In this document: piece by piece, positions 47,437 to 56,367 of the stretch
Layout of the letters: each line of letters opens with the position of its first letter
Numbering within the stretch: the stretch's first letter is position 1
NCBI GenBank assembly: GCA_002712285.1
Contig: PATC01000014.1
Coordinates: forward strand, 10,402-66,768
DNA length: 56,367 bases
Source of the DNA: Methanobacteriota archaeon
GTDB lineage: Archaea > Thermoplasmatota > Poseidoniia > Poseidoniales > Thalassarchaeaceae
Direction of reading: 5' to 3'
Notes under the pieces: generated by a model
The model's input: only the letters and a program-made list of their open reading frames with translations
Told to the model about the DNA's origin: nothing
Database searches by the model: none
Program-made: the position numbers and the translations under genes

Positions 47437-48774
47437 TCAGTTCTTTGACGTGGTTAACTCCAGAGCTAGGTCGTGAATTAGTGACCAAGGAGCAGCGGTG
47501 CGGATGCCTGGATTTGGATAAGCAGCAACACAGGAAGAATGCCCTGCTTCTGTAAGGGCTTCCGCAAGTTTGCGAGGTGATGGAGGGCCTTGGAGAAGGA
47601 CATGAGGATGAAGTCGATCAACAAGAATCAATGAAGCGTTAGTTGGAACAGTGGCTTCTTCCTGCAAATGACGAATAGCACGCAAAACATTCTTTCGAGA
47701 TTCCTCGATAAGTTCTACATGTTTCGATGTGTCGAAGCCCCACCGTTGTAACTTTTCAGTATCAGGTACACAGAGTCTAAGTGCAGTTTCCTCATTGAAT
47801 CCAAGTAAAACATCAGAGTTGTGTAGTGCTCCAATCCACATTGGCCCGCTGATTCTCCGATTTTTGCCTGAGATGTTATGTGAGGTTGGATGACGGAAAG
47901 GTAGGAAACAGAATGGTTGCGATTGTTCAGGGTTACCATGAGGGTGCAATCCTGCGTCGATGGAAATTTTTAGTTCATCTGGGGTAGGGCCCCATACTCG
48001 CCAACCGATGTTATCTTCAACATTCGAAGCACCCTGTTTTGAGCGACGGATTGCAACACTAACTCGAAGATGATGTGTTTCCCAAACGGAAAGTAATGGT
48101 TCAATTGCACGATCGTGGCATGCAGCAACTCGTGCGATATTAGCTAAGAGAACCCTCAGGCCTGAGTCATGAGCCCAATCATTGGTGCGTACGACTGCTC
48201 CGTACCGTCGCATTGTTGGCCCCTTGCTCGAACCTGTTAGTGCAGCCGAATCAGTTGCACTCACTTCCAGAATTCCGGTTCGAGCGAATGCTTGAATCAC
48301 TGGATCTAGGAACGTGACTGGCGAGCCAAATGGATCGAGGTCAATCCAATGCCAGCCGTTACTGAGAACTCGTGCTCGCAGATCACCTTCAATCAAAGTG
48401 AGTGTCTTCCCTTCCTCAAAACGCTCTTGATTTTGTCGAGCCCATTCTAACGAACTGGGTAGTATATCGCACACATGTGCATCGATTCTTTGTGACATTT
48501 CCTCTGGGAGTTCGTTAATCCAACGACGCGCTCGGATTCCCGAAGCACCCAATCCGTCCAAGGCTCGAAGAGTTCCTTTTGGTAACCATCCGAGTTCGAA
48601 CAATCGATGCATCAGAAGCACAGAACGGGTTCGACTACCATTCATTGCAGGGTTGTGAAACACTTCTCTTGTTGATTTGGCTCCAGGGCCACGTCCGAAA
48701 TGTTCGTCGATGTTTTCAGGGGCGGGTAGTAACATTGGCGTTGCACCTTCAAGACCAAGCTCAGCCCCCTCCAT
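47437..48774 (-). CDS. trm1: tRNA (guanine26-N2)-dimethyltransferase
   Basis: 'VFHNPAMNGSRTRSV', 'LDGLGASGIRARRW', 'WIDLDPFGSP', 'VSATD', 'HDSGLRVLL', 'GPMWIGALH'; start 48774 or 48822. Confidence 0.9.
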   Translation of the reverse strand: MEGAELGLEGATPMLLPAPENIDEHFGRGPGAKSTREVFHNPAMNGSRTRSVLLMHRLFELGWLPKGTLRALDGLGASGIRARRWINELPEEMSQRIDAHVCDILPSSLEWARQNQERFEEGKTLTLIEGDLRARVLSNGWHWIDLDPFGSPVTFLDPVIQAFARTGILEVSATDSAALTGSSKGPTMRRYGAVVRTNDWAHDSGLRVLLANIARVAACHDRAIEPLLSVWETHHLRVSVAIRRSKQGASNVEDNIGWRVWGPTPDELKISIDAGLHPHGNPEQSQPFCFLPFRHPTSHNISGKNRRISGPMWIGALHNSDVLLGFNEETALRLCVPDTEKLQRWGFDTSKHVELIEESRKNVLRAIRHLQEEATVPTNASLILVDRLHPHVLLQGPPSPRKLAEALTEAGHSSCVAAYPNPGIRTAAPWSLIHDLALELTTSKN

Positions 48775-48796
48775 GGCATGACCGTAGCGTGGATGG

Positions 48797-50080
48797 CTAA
48801 GGCCCTTCCGCGGTTGAAGCAATAGGTCTAGTATACCGCAAGACCTTGCGAATAGCTTCGTTTATTGTGAAAATTTGATGCCTAATTTCTTCATCATTCA
48901 GTAAGCCGAGGGCCACAGTACAGATACGATCTCCGAGAGGCAATTCATCAGCAGCATCGAAAGCGCAAATTTCCCTGAACAAGACCTCGTTGCCACCAGG
49001 TGTTTGAGCCACTGGCCGTATGATGTAAGGTGCCCCATGAGCTCCTACACCTGGCGAAATTCTCCAATGTACGCCAGATGAGCCTGCGATTCTCAAATGT
49101 CCTCTATCACACCAAATACCGGGCGCCCCATCCACTACAGACCTGAGCAAGTAGAATGATCGCTCTGTCGGATTAGCCACTTCACCTTCATCTTCATTCC
49201 CTGAATCAATTGCCCACGCCATAGTTAATCCACGAAGTCGACGAGCCAAATCAGGCCCATCTCTACCGTTCCAGATGGCACTGAATGCCTCAATAGCACG
49301 TGGTGAATGTGGAAGCCGGAGAACGTGACGTTTCCTATTTTCATCTAAAATCGTAATATGAAATCCATCAGGAGTATAGTTGAATGGAGGATCTTCTGGC
49401 CATTCAATAGCCTCTAGAATAAAGGGACGAACTGCGCCTGGAAGTCGTATATCTTGAATCCAGAGTTGTTCCTTTCTCAATTCCATTCGATCTGTAATCG
49501 AGCGTAAATCGATGCCATTCATTCCCATCAATTGTTTCATCAAACGAACGAATCGTCCACCAGGATCGTTTCCTTCACTCAGGATTAGTCGAAGAAGAAG
49601 ATGTCCTGGACCATATGTAAGTGTCCAATCTCCAACCATTGTCAGACCTGCAAAGGTTGTCTGAACATGATGACCGTTGAGTAGGCAGGGTCTGACGAAC
49701 ATCTTTCGGTATCCATGAGGACGGGGCGGAGCATCAGCATTGAATAATGGTGATTCTTCATCGAGACAATGCCTCATACTCGTGAGTAATGAGAGAATAG
49801 AATCGTCAGACCATCCATCTAAAAGTGAGTTAGTTGAAGAATCTGGTAAGAACCAAGAGAGTATCTCTGCCCATCCTTCATCGTTCGCTTCAATTCCGTT
49901 GTCACGAACTCGTTCTAAATCAGCCATTGCCGCAACATCATCCATTGCTTCAATCTGCCATGAAGGAGTTCTTTCGACAAGATCTCTGACAAGATTCCAC
50001 CATGGTTCACAGACGGAACACAATCCTCCATACAGAACCGTTGCATCAGTTTCAGTTCTACAGAGTTCACAATGCGCCAT
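48797..50080 (-). CDS. Hypothetical protein with an N-terminal Cys4 Zn finger and a distinctive C-terminal domain
   Basis: 'CELC-x13-CSVC' at the N-terminus; C-terminal 'GHLRIAGSSGVHWRI...GAHG...EICAFD...LPLGDRICTVALGLLND'. Confidence 0.75.
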   Translation of the reverse strand: MAHCELCRTETDATVLYGGLCSVCEPWWNLVRDLVERTPSWQIEAMDDVAAMADLERVRDNGIEANDEGWAEILSWFLPDSSTNSLLDGWSDDSILSLLTSMRHCLDEESPLFNADAPPRPHGYRKMFVRPCLLNGHHVQTTFAGLTMVGDWTLTYGPGHLLLRLILSEGNDPGGRFVRLMKQLMGMNGIDLRSITDRMELRKEQLWIQDIRLPGAVRPFILEAIEWPEDPPFNYTPDGFHITILDENRKRHVLRLPHSPRAIEAFSAIWNGRDGPDLARRLRGLTMAWAIDSGNEDEGEVANPTERSFYLLRSVVDGAPGIWCDRGHLRIAGSSGVHWRISPGVGAHGAPYIIRPVAQTPGGNEVLFREICAFDAADELPLGDRICTVALGLLNDEEIRHQIFTINEAIRKVLRYTRPIASTAEGP

Positions 50081-50127
50081 CCAATGTTAAACACCTTCAA
50101 GGGTATTTCAAGCACAGAGAATAGTCC

Positions 50128-51237
50128 TTAGTAGTGCTCAAATCGAATACTTTGATTCACGTGTGTGACTATGCCTGAATCATTTGTTCTACCAATGATT
50201 GATGCACCTGAATCTCGCTCTTTTAGCCAGTTGAGAATAGTGTCAGCTGCCTCGTTAGCAACAATGAGTATCATGCCAGTACCCATGTTGAAAGTGCGAT
50301 GCATTTCCCGGTCGTCAACACTTCCCATTTCCTGAATCCAGTGAAACTCAGGCAGTACCGGAAGGGGTGAATCGATGTGATATCCCCGAGATGGATGGAG
50401 TCTAAGAAGATTGGAAAGACCTCCACCGGTAATGTGCGCGATACCGTGCAAATCCTTTCGATTAATTTCATCAGATTCGTCCAGTGCATCGATAAGGTCC
50501 TGAACTGGATCTACATAGATACGTGTTGGATTAAGCAGGACTTCTCCAAGAGTAGCGGGGCCAGATGTCCATCTACGAATAGTCCGATTTGGATGCTCAG
50601 AATCGAAGGGAGCTGGCTGCGTGAGGTCTGCACCTGTCCGCTCCAATACTGCTCTGACAAGGGAATAGCCATTCGAATGAACACCTGAAGCAGGGAGCCC
50701 AATCATGACATCATTAGATCCAATATGTTCGCCCGTAATTGCAGCATTTTTGGGCATCCATCCAAGTGCTGTACCCGAGAGATCAAGCTCTCTGACTATG
50801 CCGGGTAGGGTTGCAGTCTCACCTCCCGCGAGAGTAACACGAGCAATAGAGCAGGCTTCCGCAAGTGAGGCGCCAAGTGCAGCATGCTCATCTGGTGATG
50901 GCTTGGGTGTCGCGATGTAATCAACGAAAGCGATTGGTTCTGCGCCAACGCAGAGTAAGTCATTGACATTCATAGCAACACAATCGTGTCCAACACCTTG
51001 TAATCGACCAAGTTCGTTGGCAATCTGGAGTTTACTTCCAACACCATCAGTTGCTAAAGCAAGCCATCGGTCACCAAATTCAAGCAATCCGCCGAATCCG
51101 CCTGGAAGATCTACTGGGGCACCTTCGGTTCCAGGCTTGCGGACAGAACCACTGAGTGCTCCAATCAAGGAAGAGACAGCAGCACCCTCGAGGTCGATGT
51201 CAACCCCAGATGAAGCGTAGTCAATACCTTCATCCAT
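50128..51237 (-). CDS. purM: Phosphoribosylaminoimidazole (AIR) synthetase
   Basis: 'YASSGVDID', 'GGFGG', 'TDGVGSKL', 'DCVAMNVND', 'GGETA', 'ASGVHSNGYSLVR', 'HITGGG', 'TFNMGTG'. Confidence 0.97.
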   Translation of the reverse strand: MDEGIDYASSGVDIDLEGAAVSSLIGALSGSVRKPGTEGAPVDLPGGFGGLLEFGDRWLALATDGVGSKLQIANELGRLQGVGHDCVAMNVNDLLCVGAEPIAFVDYIATPKPSPDEHAALGASLAEACSIARVTLAGGETATLPGIVRELDLSGTALGWMPKNAAITGEHIGSNDVMIGLPASGVHSNGYSLVRAVLERTGADLTQPAPFDSEHPNRTIRRWTSGPATLGEVLLNPTRIYVDPVQDLIDALDESDEINRKDLHGIAHITGGGLSNLLRLHPSRGYHIDSPLPVLPEFHWIQEMGSVDDREMHRTFNMGTGMILIVANEAADTILNWLKERDSGASIIGRTNDSGIVTHVNQSIRFEHY

Positions 51238-51302
51238 GGACTACATCCTAGGTCGACGCCACATCAACCAATCGCCGACTTTAACCAGGTCTTGGAATCC
51301 AA

Positions 51303-52226
51303 TCACAAACCAATTGGAGCTGAAATGAAACGAGCTTCAAGGTTCCATTCGTTTGTTTCAGCGATACGATTCAACCAGTCGGCAGTAGCGCGTGGTCCGA
51401 CAGTCTCTGTTGCGTGGTGGCCTGCGAGAATCAGTAAGATGCCTGCTTCTTGAGCTAGGATTGCCGACTGAAATGGTCCTTCACCACTTAGCAACGAATC
51501 AACACCCAACTCTCTAGCATCGATAACAGCGCCTCCAGCAGCACCAGAACAGATGGCAATTGTATCAATTGTCTCTTGTTCCAATTCCCGATCTTCTGGG
51601 AAAATTCGAACAACCTCGGGACCAGTTTGCTCCATGCCCAAAATGTTCTGAATTAGATTGTTGATATCGCTTCGATTCATTGGGGATGAAAAACGTCCGT
51701 GTAGACCGATTTCCATAGTTAGGCGACCATCTTCGAGAGTCTCAATTTGAGGCCATCCTTTTGAGGTCGAATGCTCTTCAATCAGTGTCGAATCCAATGG
51801 ACTAGGGTATCCCTTTGAAGCGAACCATGTTCCTTTTCTTTCAATTCCCATCCCATCTGCGAGCATGGCATTGTTGCCAAGTATTGGATGAGCGTCCATG
51901 GGTAGGTGGAGTGCGAGAATAGCCAGATTGTTGGCAAGCGCAACGCGAGTCCTTTCGGCTTCAACTTCATCTGAAGATGGCAATGGAATCGCACCTAGTG
52001 TCCACGTTAGTCCATGATGCACTACGAGTAGGTCAGCGCCTTCGTCAACAGCTCGTTGAATTACCTCCAGACTCGCATCTGTAGCAGTCATCACCTTCTT
52101 GCAATTGGAATTAGGATTGGGAATAATCTGTGGTCCATTCCACGCTCGACTTGAATCTGGAATTTCATTGACTCTATACTCAGTACACAAAGCTGCCATC
52201 ACATCGTAGATGGATGGGGCTTGCAT
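51303..52226 (-). CDS. NIF3-family dinuclear metal-centre protein
   Basis: 'NGPQI', 'ATDAS', 'LVVHHGL', 'HLPMDAHPILGNN', 'ICSGAAG', 'GHHATE'. Confidence 0.92.
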   Translation of the reverse strand: MQAPSIYDVMAALCTEYRVNEIPDSSRAWNGPQIIPNPNSNCKKVMTATDASLEVIQRAVDEGADLLVVHHGLTWTLGAIPLPSSDEVEAERTRVALANNLAILALHLPMDAHPILGNNAMLADGMGIERKGTWFASKGYPSPLDSTLIEEHSTSKGWPQIETLEDGRLTMEIGLHGRFSSPMNRSDINNLIQNILGMEQTGPEVVRIFPEDRELEQETIDTIAICSGAAGGAVIDARELGVDSLLSGEGPFQSAILAQEAGILLILAGHHATETVGPRATADWLNRIAETNEWNLEARFISAPIGL

Positions 52227-52237
52227 CTTTGATCACC

Positions 52238-52663
52238 TTACTGGAATTCTAGACGGATGAATTCACTTCCTTCCAGTGGACATCGCATCATAGGCATAGA
52301 TTCTAGGATACGAAGATGGATTTCTGCAGTGATATGGACGACGGTTGAGAAAAGATGTCCACCAACAACCTGGTGATCATCGGTCATTCCTGTAATATGT
52401 AGATGAGTGAAAGGCTCTCCTTCATGCAGCGCTAGGTTTCCCATTAGTGTAAGAAGTTCCATTGGTTCAACTTGATCAATTGCTCGATAGATTCCTTTCC
52501 CATCGAGAAATCCGGCTGATGTCTCACGAATCCGTCCAATGCCGCTTGTAATTGCCGCTGCTTTCACTCCATTCTCTTTTGCCCATGCCTTGAGTGATGC
52601 ATGTATTTCTTCTCCGGGATCTAAGCGAATCATCGCATCTCCGCCAACTATCGCGCTGTCCAT
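52238..52663 (-). CDS. PPC/DUF296-domain protein
   Basis: 'IRLDPGEEI...L', 'SGIG', 'ELLTLMGN', 'PFTHLHI', 'GGHL'. Confidence 0.88.
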   Translation of the reverse strand: MDSAIVGGDAMIRLDPGEEIHASLKAWAKENGVKAAAITSGIGRIRETSAGFLDGKGIYRAIDQVEPMELLTLMGNLALHEGEPFTHLHITGMTDDHQVVGGHLFSTVVHITAEIHLRILESMPMMRCPLEGSEFIRLEFQ

Positions 52664-52765
52664 GTATCAGTATGTGGAGGGCTCAGTACCTATCCGTTTC
52701 GACCGATATATTCCTGCATTGGAAGGCTTTGATATGCTGATATGATGGACGTGATAACCATCATA

Positions 52766-52779
52766 TTTCCATCGGAAAT
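52766..52779 (+). promoter_or_regulatory. ORB-like (Orc1/Cdc6 box) element upstream of mcm
   Basis: TTTCCATCGGAAAT matches the TTCCA-NN-GGAAA core of archaeal ORB (GTTCCAGTGGAAAC) and is followed by CAACGGG, a weak G-string. Single copy. Confidence 0.35.
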
Positions 52780-52853
52780 CAACGGGTTGAACGCCATTTT
52801 GCCGTTTGGTTCATACACCGTCGAAGACTCCCTCTAAGTCCTCGGTGAATAGA

Positions 52854-55001
52854 ATGGCGCTCCAGTTCGATGATTTCGGTGCGCGTTGGGAGACCTTCTA
52901 CGATGAGGTGATGATCGGCCGAATTCAGAGCTTGACGAAAGACTCTACTCATCTTAGAGTACCATTCAATGAGATTCAATCTTGGGACCCTGATTTCGGG
53001 GCTCGAATTCTAAATCAACCTAAATCGCTGATTGATCGCGGTCAGCGAAGTCTTCGTGACAAGTGTCGAGAAAATGGAATCAGTATCGAACCGACATTAT
53101 TGCTAGAACATCTACCTGCGGATGTTGAGACGGATTTGGGTGAGATTGGTTCTGAAGATCTGAATCGTCTCCGTGCGGTCAACGTAGTTATTACGAAACG
53201 TTCTGAAATTCGACCTCGAATCTATTCAGCAGTATTCTCTTGTGAGAGTTGTGGAGCACATACTGAGGTTCGCCAAGACGATGAACGAGAGCTGAAGGAA
53301 CCGCTCGAATGCGATGGCTGTCAACTCCCACCTGGTAATGGTGCCCAATCCACACGATTCAGTATTGATTCAGATCGTTGCACGTGGATTAACAATCAGT
53401 ATCTGGAAATTCAGGAGCTCCCTGAGAGGGTCAAAGGCAGTGGACAACCTTCGAGGGGACGAGTATTGATTGAGGGAATTCAGTGTAACATGTATTTGCC
53501 TGGAGAACGAATGACAGCGAATCTAATTCCGTATACTCAGGCAGGATACCATCGTAACAAGAAGACACCCATGTTCGAAATAGTCTACAGTCTACACTCA
53601 GCTACTCGGGAATCCCAACCGTTCCATGACATCCAACCTAGCGATGAAGAGAGAGACGAGATTCGAGAGGTTGCCCAACGTCCAGATTTAATGCGTCTAA
53701 TGCAGGATTCAATCGCTCCTTCGATTATTGATGTAAATTCGAAATTGACTTACGTCAAGCGAAGTCTCGTAATGCAACTATTCGGAGGTGTATCTAGACG
53801 CAATGCGGATGGCACTCGTAGCAGAGGAGATATCCATATTTTGTTAATGGGCGATCCCGGTGTCGCAAAGTCACAATTACTGACATACATGTCGAAGATT
53901 GCCCCTCGGGCTCGATTCGCTTCTGGAGGAAATATCTCTGCAGCAGGACTTACTGCGGCAGCAATCAAGGATTCGTTTGGAGATGGTCGTTTCAGCCTTG
54001 AGGCTGGTATTTTGCCTCTATCAGATATGGGGATTGCTTGTATTGATGAGATCGATAAAATCAGTGCTAGTGACAAGGGCAGCCTCCACGAAGCAATGGA
54101 ACAGCAATCTATCTCAGTCAGTAAAGGTGGAATTACAACCCAGCTTAGAGCACGTTGCGCAGTTCTTTCTGCTGCGAATCCAAAGAAAGGGACCTTCACG
54201 GTAGGGCCTAACCAGAACTTGATGCTCGCTTTCGATCAGACAGGACTTCCAGTCCCACTCGCTACTAGGTTCGATATCATGTGGTTGATGAAGGACGAGG
54301 TCAACGAGGACAATGATGCAAAGATAGCTCGCCATATCATGGAAGGAAGGCTGTCTGGTGTTCCAGAGAACCGAGTCGAGGAGGATTCCTTTGAAGATCC
54401 TGTGAAGAAGGATGAAGAGAAATCAATCAAGACAAACGGAGATCGAGATTACCTATCTGTACCCTTCTTACGGAAATATGTCGCCTATGCAAAGAGAAAT
54501 CATTCTCCTTTGATTGGTGATGAAGCCAAGAAGTTGATTCTAAACTATTACACCAAGGCTAGGAGCACTTACGCAGACAACGAGCAAATGGCAGCGAATT
54601 GGGATGATGAGAAGCCTATCCCTATCAGCGCCCGTGCTCTTGAATCTCTGATTCGTCTTGCTGAGGCACATGCTCGTATGCATCTAAGGGATGAAGTGAC
54701 GGCTGATGATGCACAGATGGCTATCGCGATTTTCTCTCACTGGCGCGAGGAGGAGAAGGTTCCCAGTGAGGTTGCAATGGCTACAGGTTCCAAATTCAAT
54801 CAAAGAGAAATGGTGGATATCATCAAAGGGACAGTGGAAGAACTAGCCAAGGAAGGCGATGGAATCGCTCATGAAACGGATATCTACAATCGCGCGATGG
54901 CAAGGGGAATGAAGGTGGAAGATGTTGATCGTATGATCCAACTTTGTCGTCAAGAACATTTCATTCTCATGGTTCAACCAGGTCAATGGCGACCAAACTG
55001 A
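52854..55001 (+). CDS. mcm: MCM replicative helicase
   Basis: Zn finger CESC...CDGC; Walker A 'GDPGVAKSQLL'; 'GLTAAA', 'LEAG', Walker B 'CIDEIDK', 'SAANP', Arg finger 'TRFD'; C-terminal wHTH. No intein. Confidence 0.97.
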   Translation: MALQFDDFGARWETFYDEVMIGRIQSLTKDSTHLRVPFNEIQSWDPDFGARILNQPKSLIDRGQRSLRDKCRENGISIEPTLLLEHLPADVETDLGEIGSEDLNRLRAVNVVITKRSEIRPRIYSAVFSCESCGAHTEVRQDDERELKEPLECDGCQLPPGNGAQSTRFSIDSDRCTWINNQYLEIQELPERVKGSGQPSRGRVLIEGIQCNMYLPGERMTANLIPYTQAGYHRNKKTPMFEIVYSLHSATRESQPFHDIQPSDEERDEIREVAQRPDLMRLMQDSIAPSIIDVNSKLTYVKRSLVMQLFGGVSRRNADGTRSRGDIHILLMGDPGVAKSQLLTYMSKIAPRARFASGGNISAAGLTAAAIKDSFGDGRFSLEAGILPLSDMGIACIDEIDKISASDKGSLHEAMEQQSISVSKGGITTQLRARCAVLSAANPKKGTFTVGPNQNLMLAFDQTGLPVPLATRFDIMWLMKDEVNEDNDAKIARHIMEGRLSGVPENRVEEDSFEDPVKKDEEKSIKTNGDRDYLSVPFLRKYVAYAKRNHSPLIGDEAKKLILNYYTKARSTYADNEQMAANWDDEKPIPISARALESLIRLAEAHARMHLRDEVTADDAQMAIAIFSHWREEEKVPSEVAMATGSKFNQREMVDIIKGTVEELAKEGDGIAHETDIYNRAMARGMKVEDVDRMIQLCRQEHFILMVQPGQWRPN

Positions 55002-55040
55002 GAGGGGGGCGCTCATATCCCACCACCACGTCGCAACACC

Positions 55041-56367
55041 ATGGTGGGCGAACCAGTCGGCGATGTATCGTCCTCTACCACCCTTGATCCCAAGGCTCTC
55101 GGATTCATGTGTGGATTAGAGATTCACCAACAACTTGCATCTGGAAAGTTGCACTCCCGGCAACCAAGTGTTCTGTATGAAGCGAGTATGGACACCCTTT
55201 CATCGGATTGGAAACGTGTTGAACGCCGCCTTCATGCAACTTCAGGCGAATCTGGTGTTGTCGACATCGCAGCTCGTTTCGAGCAGCGACGAAATCGCTC
55301 ATTCGTCTATGTTCAATCCCCTAACTCAGGTCTAATTGAGTTAGATGATGCCCCCCCTCAAGGTCTAGATCCTGAAGCATTGGATATTGCACTAACAATT
55401 GCTGCACTACTCGAAATGCATCCTGTTGAAGTTCTGCAAACGATGCGCAAACAGGTTGTAGACGGATCGAACACATCGGGTTTCCAACGCACGACTCTCA
55501 TCGGAACGACTGGCAAGATTGAGACAAGTCGAGGTGATGTTGGTGTTGGCGTTCTTCTATTGGAGGAGGATTCTGCACGGAAGTTGGACTCTGAGAGAAC
55601 ACCTACTGGTGAGAAGGTGTTCTACATCCTCGATAGGCTTGGAGTCCCTCTTGTTGAGATTGCAACTGATCCAGACATTCTTGATCCTGATCATGCAATG
55701 GAAACAGCGCGTACAATCGGGACACTTCTTCGCTCCACTCGTTCTGTTCGCCGTGGTCTTGGTTCGATTCGTCAAGATCTCAACGTATCCATTGCATGTG
55801 GCGATCGTGTTGAGATAAAAGGGACTCAAGATTTGGACTGGATTCCTCGCATCGTTCGTTTAGAGATGGCTCGGCAACTTCACTTCTACAGGTTAGCGAA
55901 TGAACTCCGCTCAGAAGCGGGGCTACCTCCACTTCCTCCGAATCGTGATGATGACGATTCAATGCTAGAGGCATCTGTTTTAGAGAAGGTTACAGCGCGC
56001 CTTCCGTTTGAACCAGTGGATCTCTCAGAACTCTTTTCTGATTCAACTTCAAGCATGGTTGAACGTGGATTTGCATCAGGAAATCAAATGTTAGCAGTTT
56101 GTTTGCCCGGTTTTGCTAATCGCTTGGGATCCAAGATTCTCGATGAAGATGGAGCACAAATGCCTCGACTTGGTCGGGAACTTGCGGGTGCTGCTAAACT
56201 CGCAGGTGTTGCAGGAATTTTCCACAGTGATGAACTTCCTGCCTACGGTATTGAGCAGAATCATGTGGACCGCGTTCGTGAAGCTCTTTCTCTATCAGAT
56301 TCTGATGCATTCGTTTTGTGCATGGCTCCTGAATGGCAAGCTCATCTTGCACTCGAATCTGTCATTG
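55041..56367 (+). CDS. gatE: Glu-tRNA(Gln) amidotransferase subunit E (3' truncated by window; absent from the ORF track)
   Basis: Translated by hand from ATG 55041: 'GFMCGLEIHQQLASGKL', 'GESGVVDIAA', 'MRKQVVDGSNTSGFQRT', 'LDRLGVPLVEIAT', 'RRGLGSIRQDLNVSI'. Confidence 0.95.
   Translation, partial: MVGEPVGDVSSSTTLDPKALGFMCGLEIHQQLASGKLHSRQPSVLYEASMDTLSSDWKRVERRLHATSGESGVVDIAARFEQRRNRSFVYVQSPNSGLIELDDAPPQGLDPEALDIALTIAALLEMHPVEVLQTMRKQVVDGSNTSGFQRTTLIGTTGKIETSRGDVGVGVLLLEEDSARKLDSERTPTGEKVFYILDRLGVPLVEIATDPDILDPDHAMETARTIGTLLRSTRSVRRGLGSIRQDLNVSIACGDRVEIKGTQDLDWIPRIVRLEMARQLHFYRLANELRSEAGLPPLPPNRDDDDSMLEASVLEKVTARLPFEPVDLSELFSDSTSSMVERGFASGNQMLAVCLPGFANRLGSKILDEDGAQMPRLGRELAGAAKLAGVAGIFHSDELPAYGIEQNHVDRVREALSLSDSDAFVLCMAPEWQAHLALESVI

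Noticed and set aside
52854-55001. Intein or inactivation in MCM (TRFD instead of SRFD)
   Set aside because: Length is normal, there are no intein motifs, and the catalytic Arg is retained; Ser to Thr is conservative.

Overview
Archaeal chromosomal segment, most likely a marine Thermoplasmatota (Marine Group II / Ca. Poseidoniales-like; taxon is an inference from gene content). Core genes: dnaG (5' partial), rpl18e-rpl13-rps9-rpoN-tRNA-Pro(GGG), tRNA-Arg(GCG), mcm, gatE (3' partial), trm1, purM, moaA, nfuA, pruA, a bacterial-type NAD-dependent ligA, and two PAC2 proteasome chaperones. Three giant acidic membrane-anchored surface proteins (about 2570, 1580 and 1440 aa) take up about 30% of the window. 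No rRNA, CRISPR array, transposase or integrase was seen. The standout is a same-strand cluster at 6.5-10.5 kb: ThiF/E1-like enzyme fused to a Myb/SANT-like HTH, JAB/MPN protease, 79-aa unknown, CYTH enzyme, divergent TFB paralog (apparent ATA start), and a small ubiquitin-like protein whose C-terminal Gly is masked by two residues (-VAG|LV). This suggests an undescribed ubiquitin-like conjugation system tied to transcription or nucleotide signalling. Other leads are a canonical WW domain in an archaeal coiled-coil protein, a Zn-finger protein that may supply the missing E2-like step, two structured intergenic RNA candidates, a 50-aa ORF missed by the track, and an ORB-like box upstream of mcm. 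All domain calls are by eye from motifs; no searches were run.
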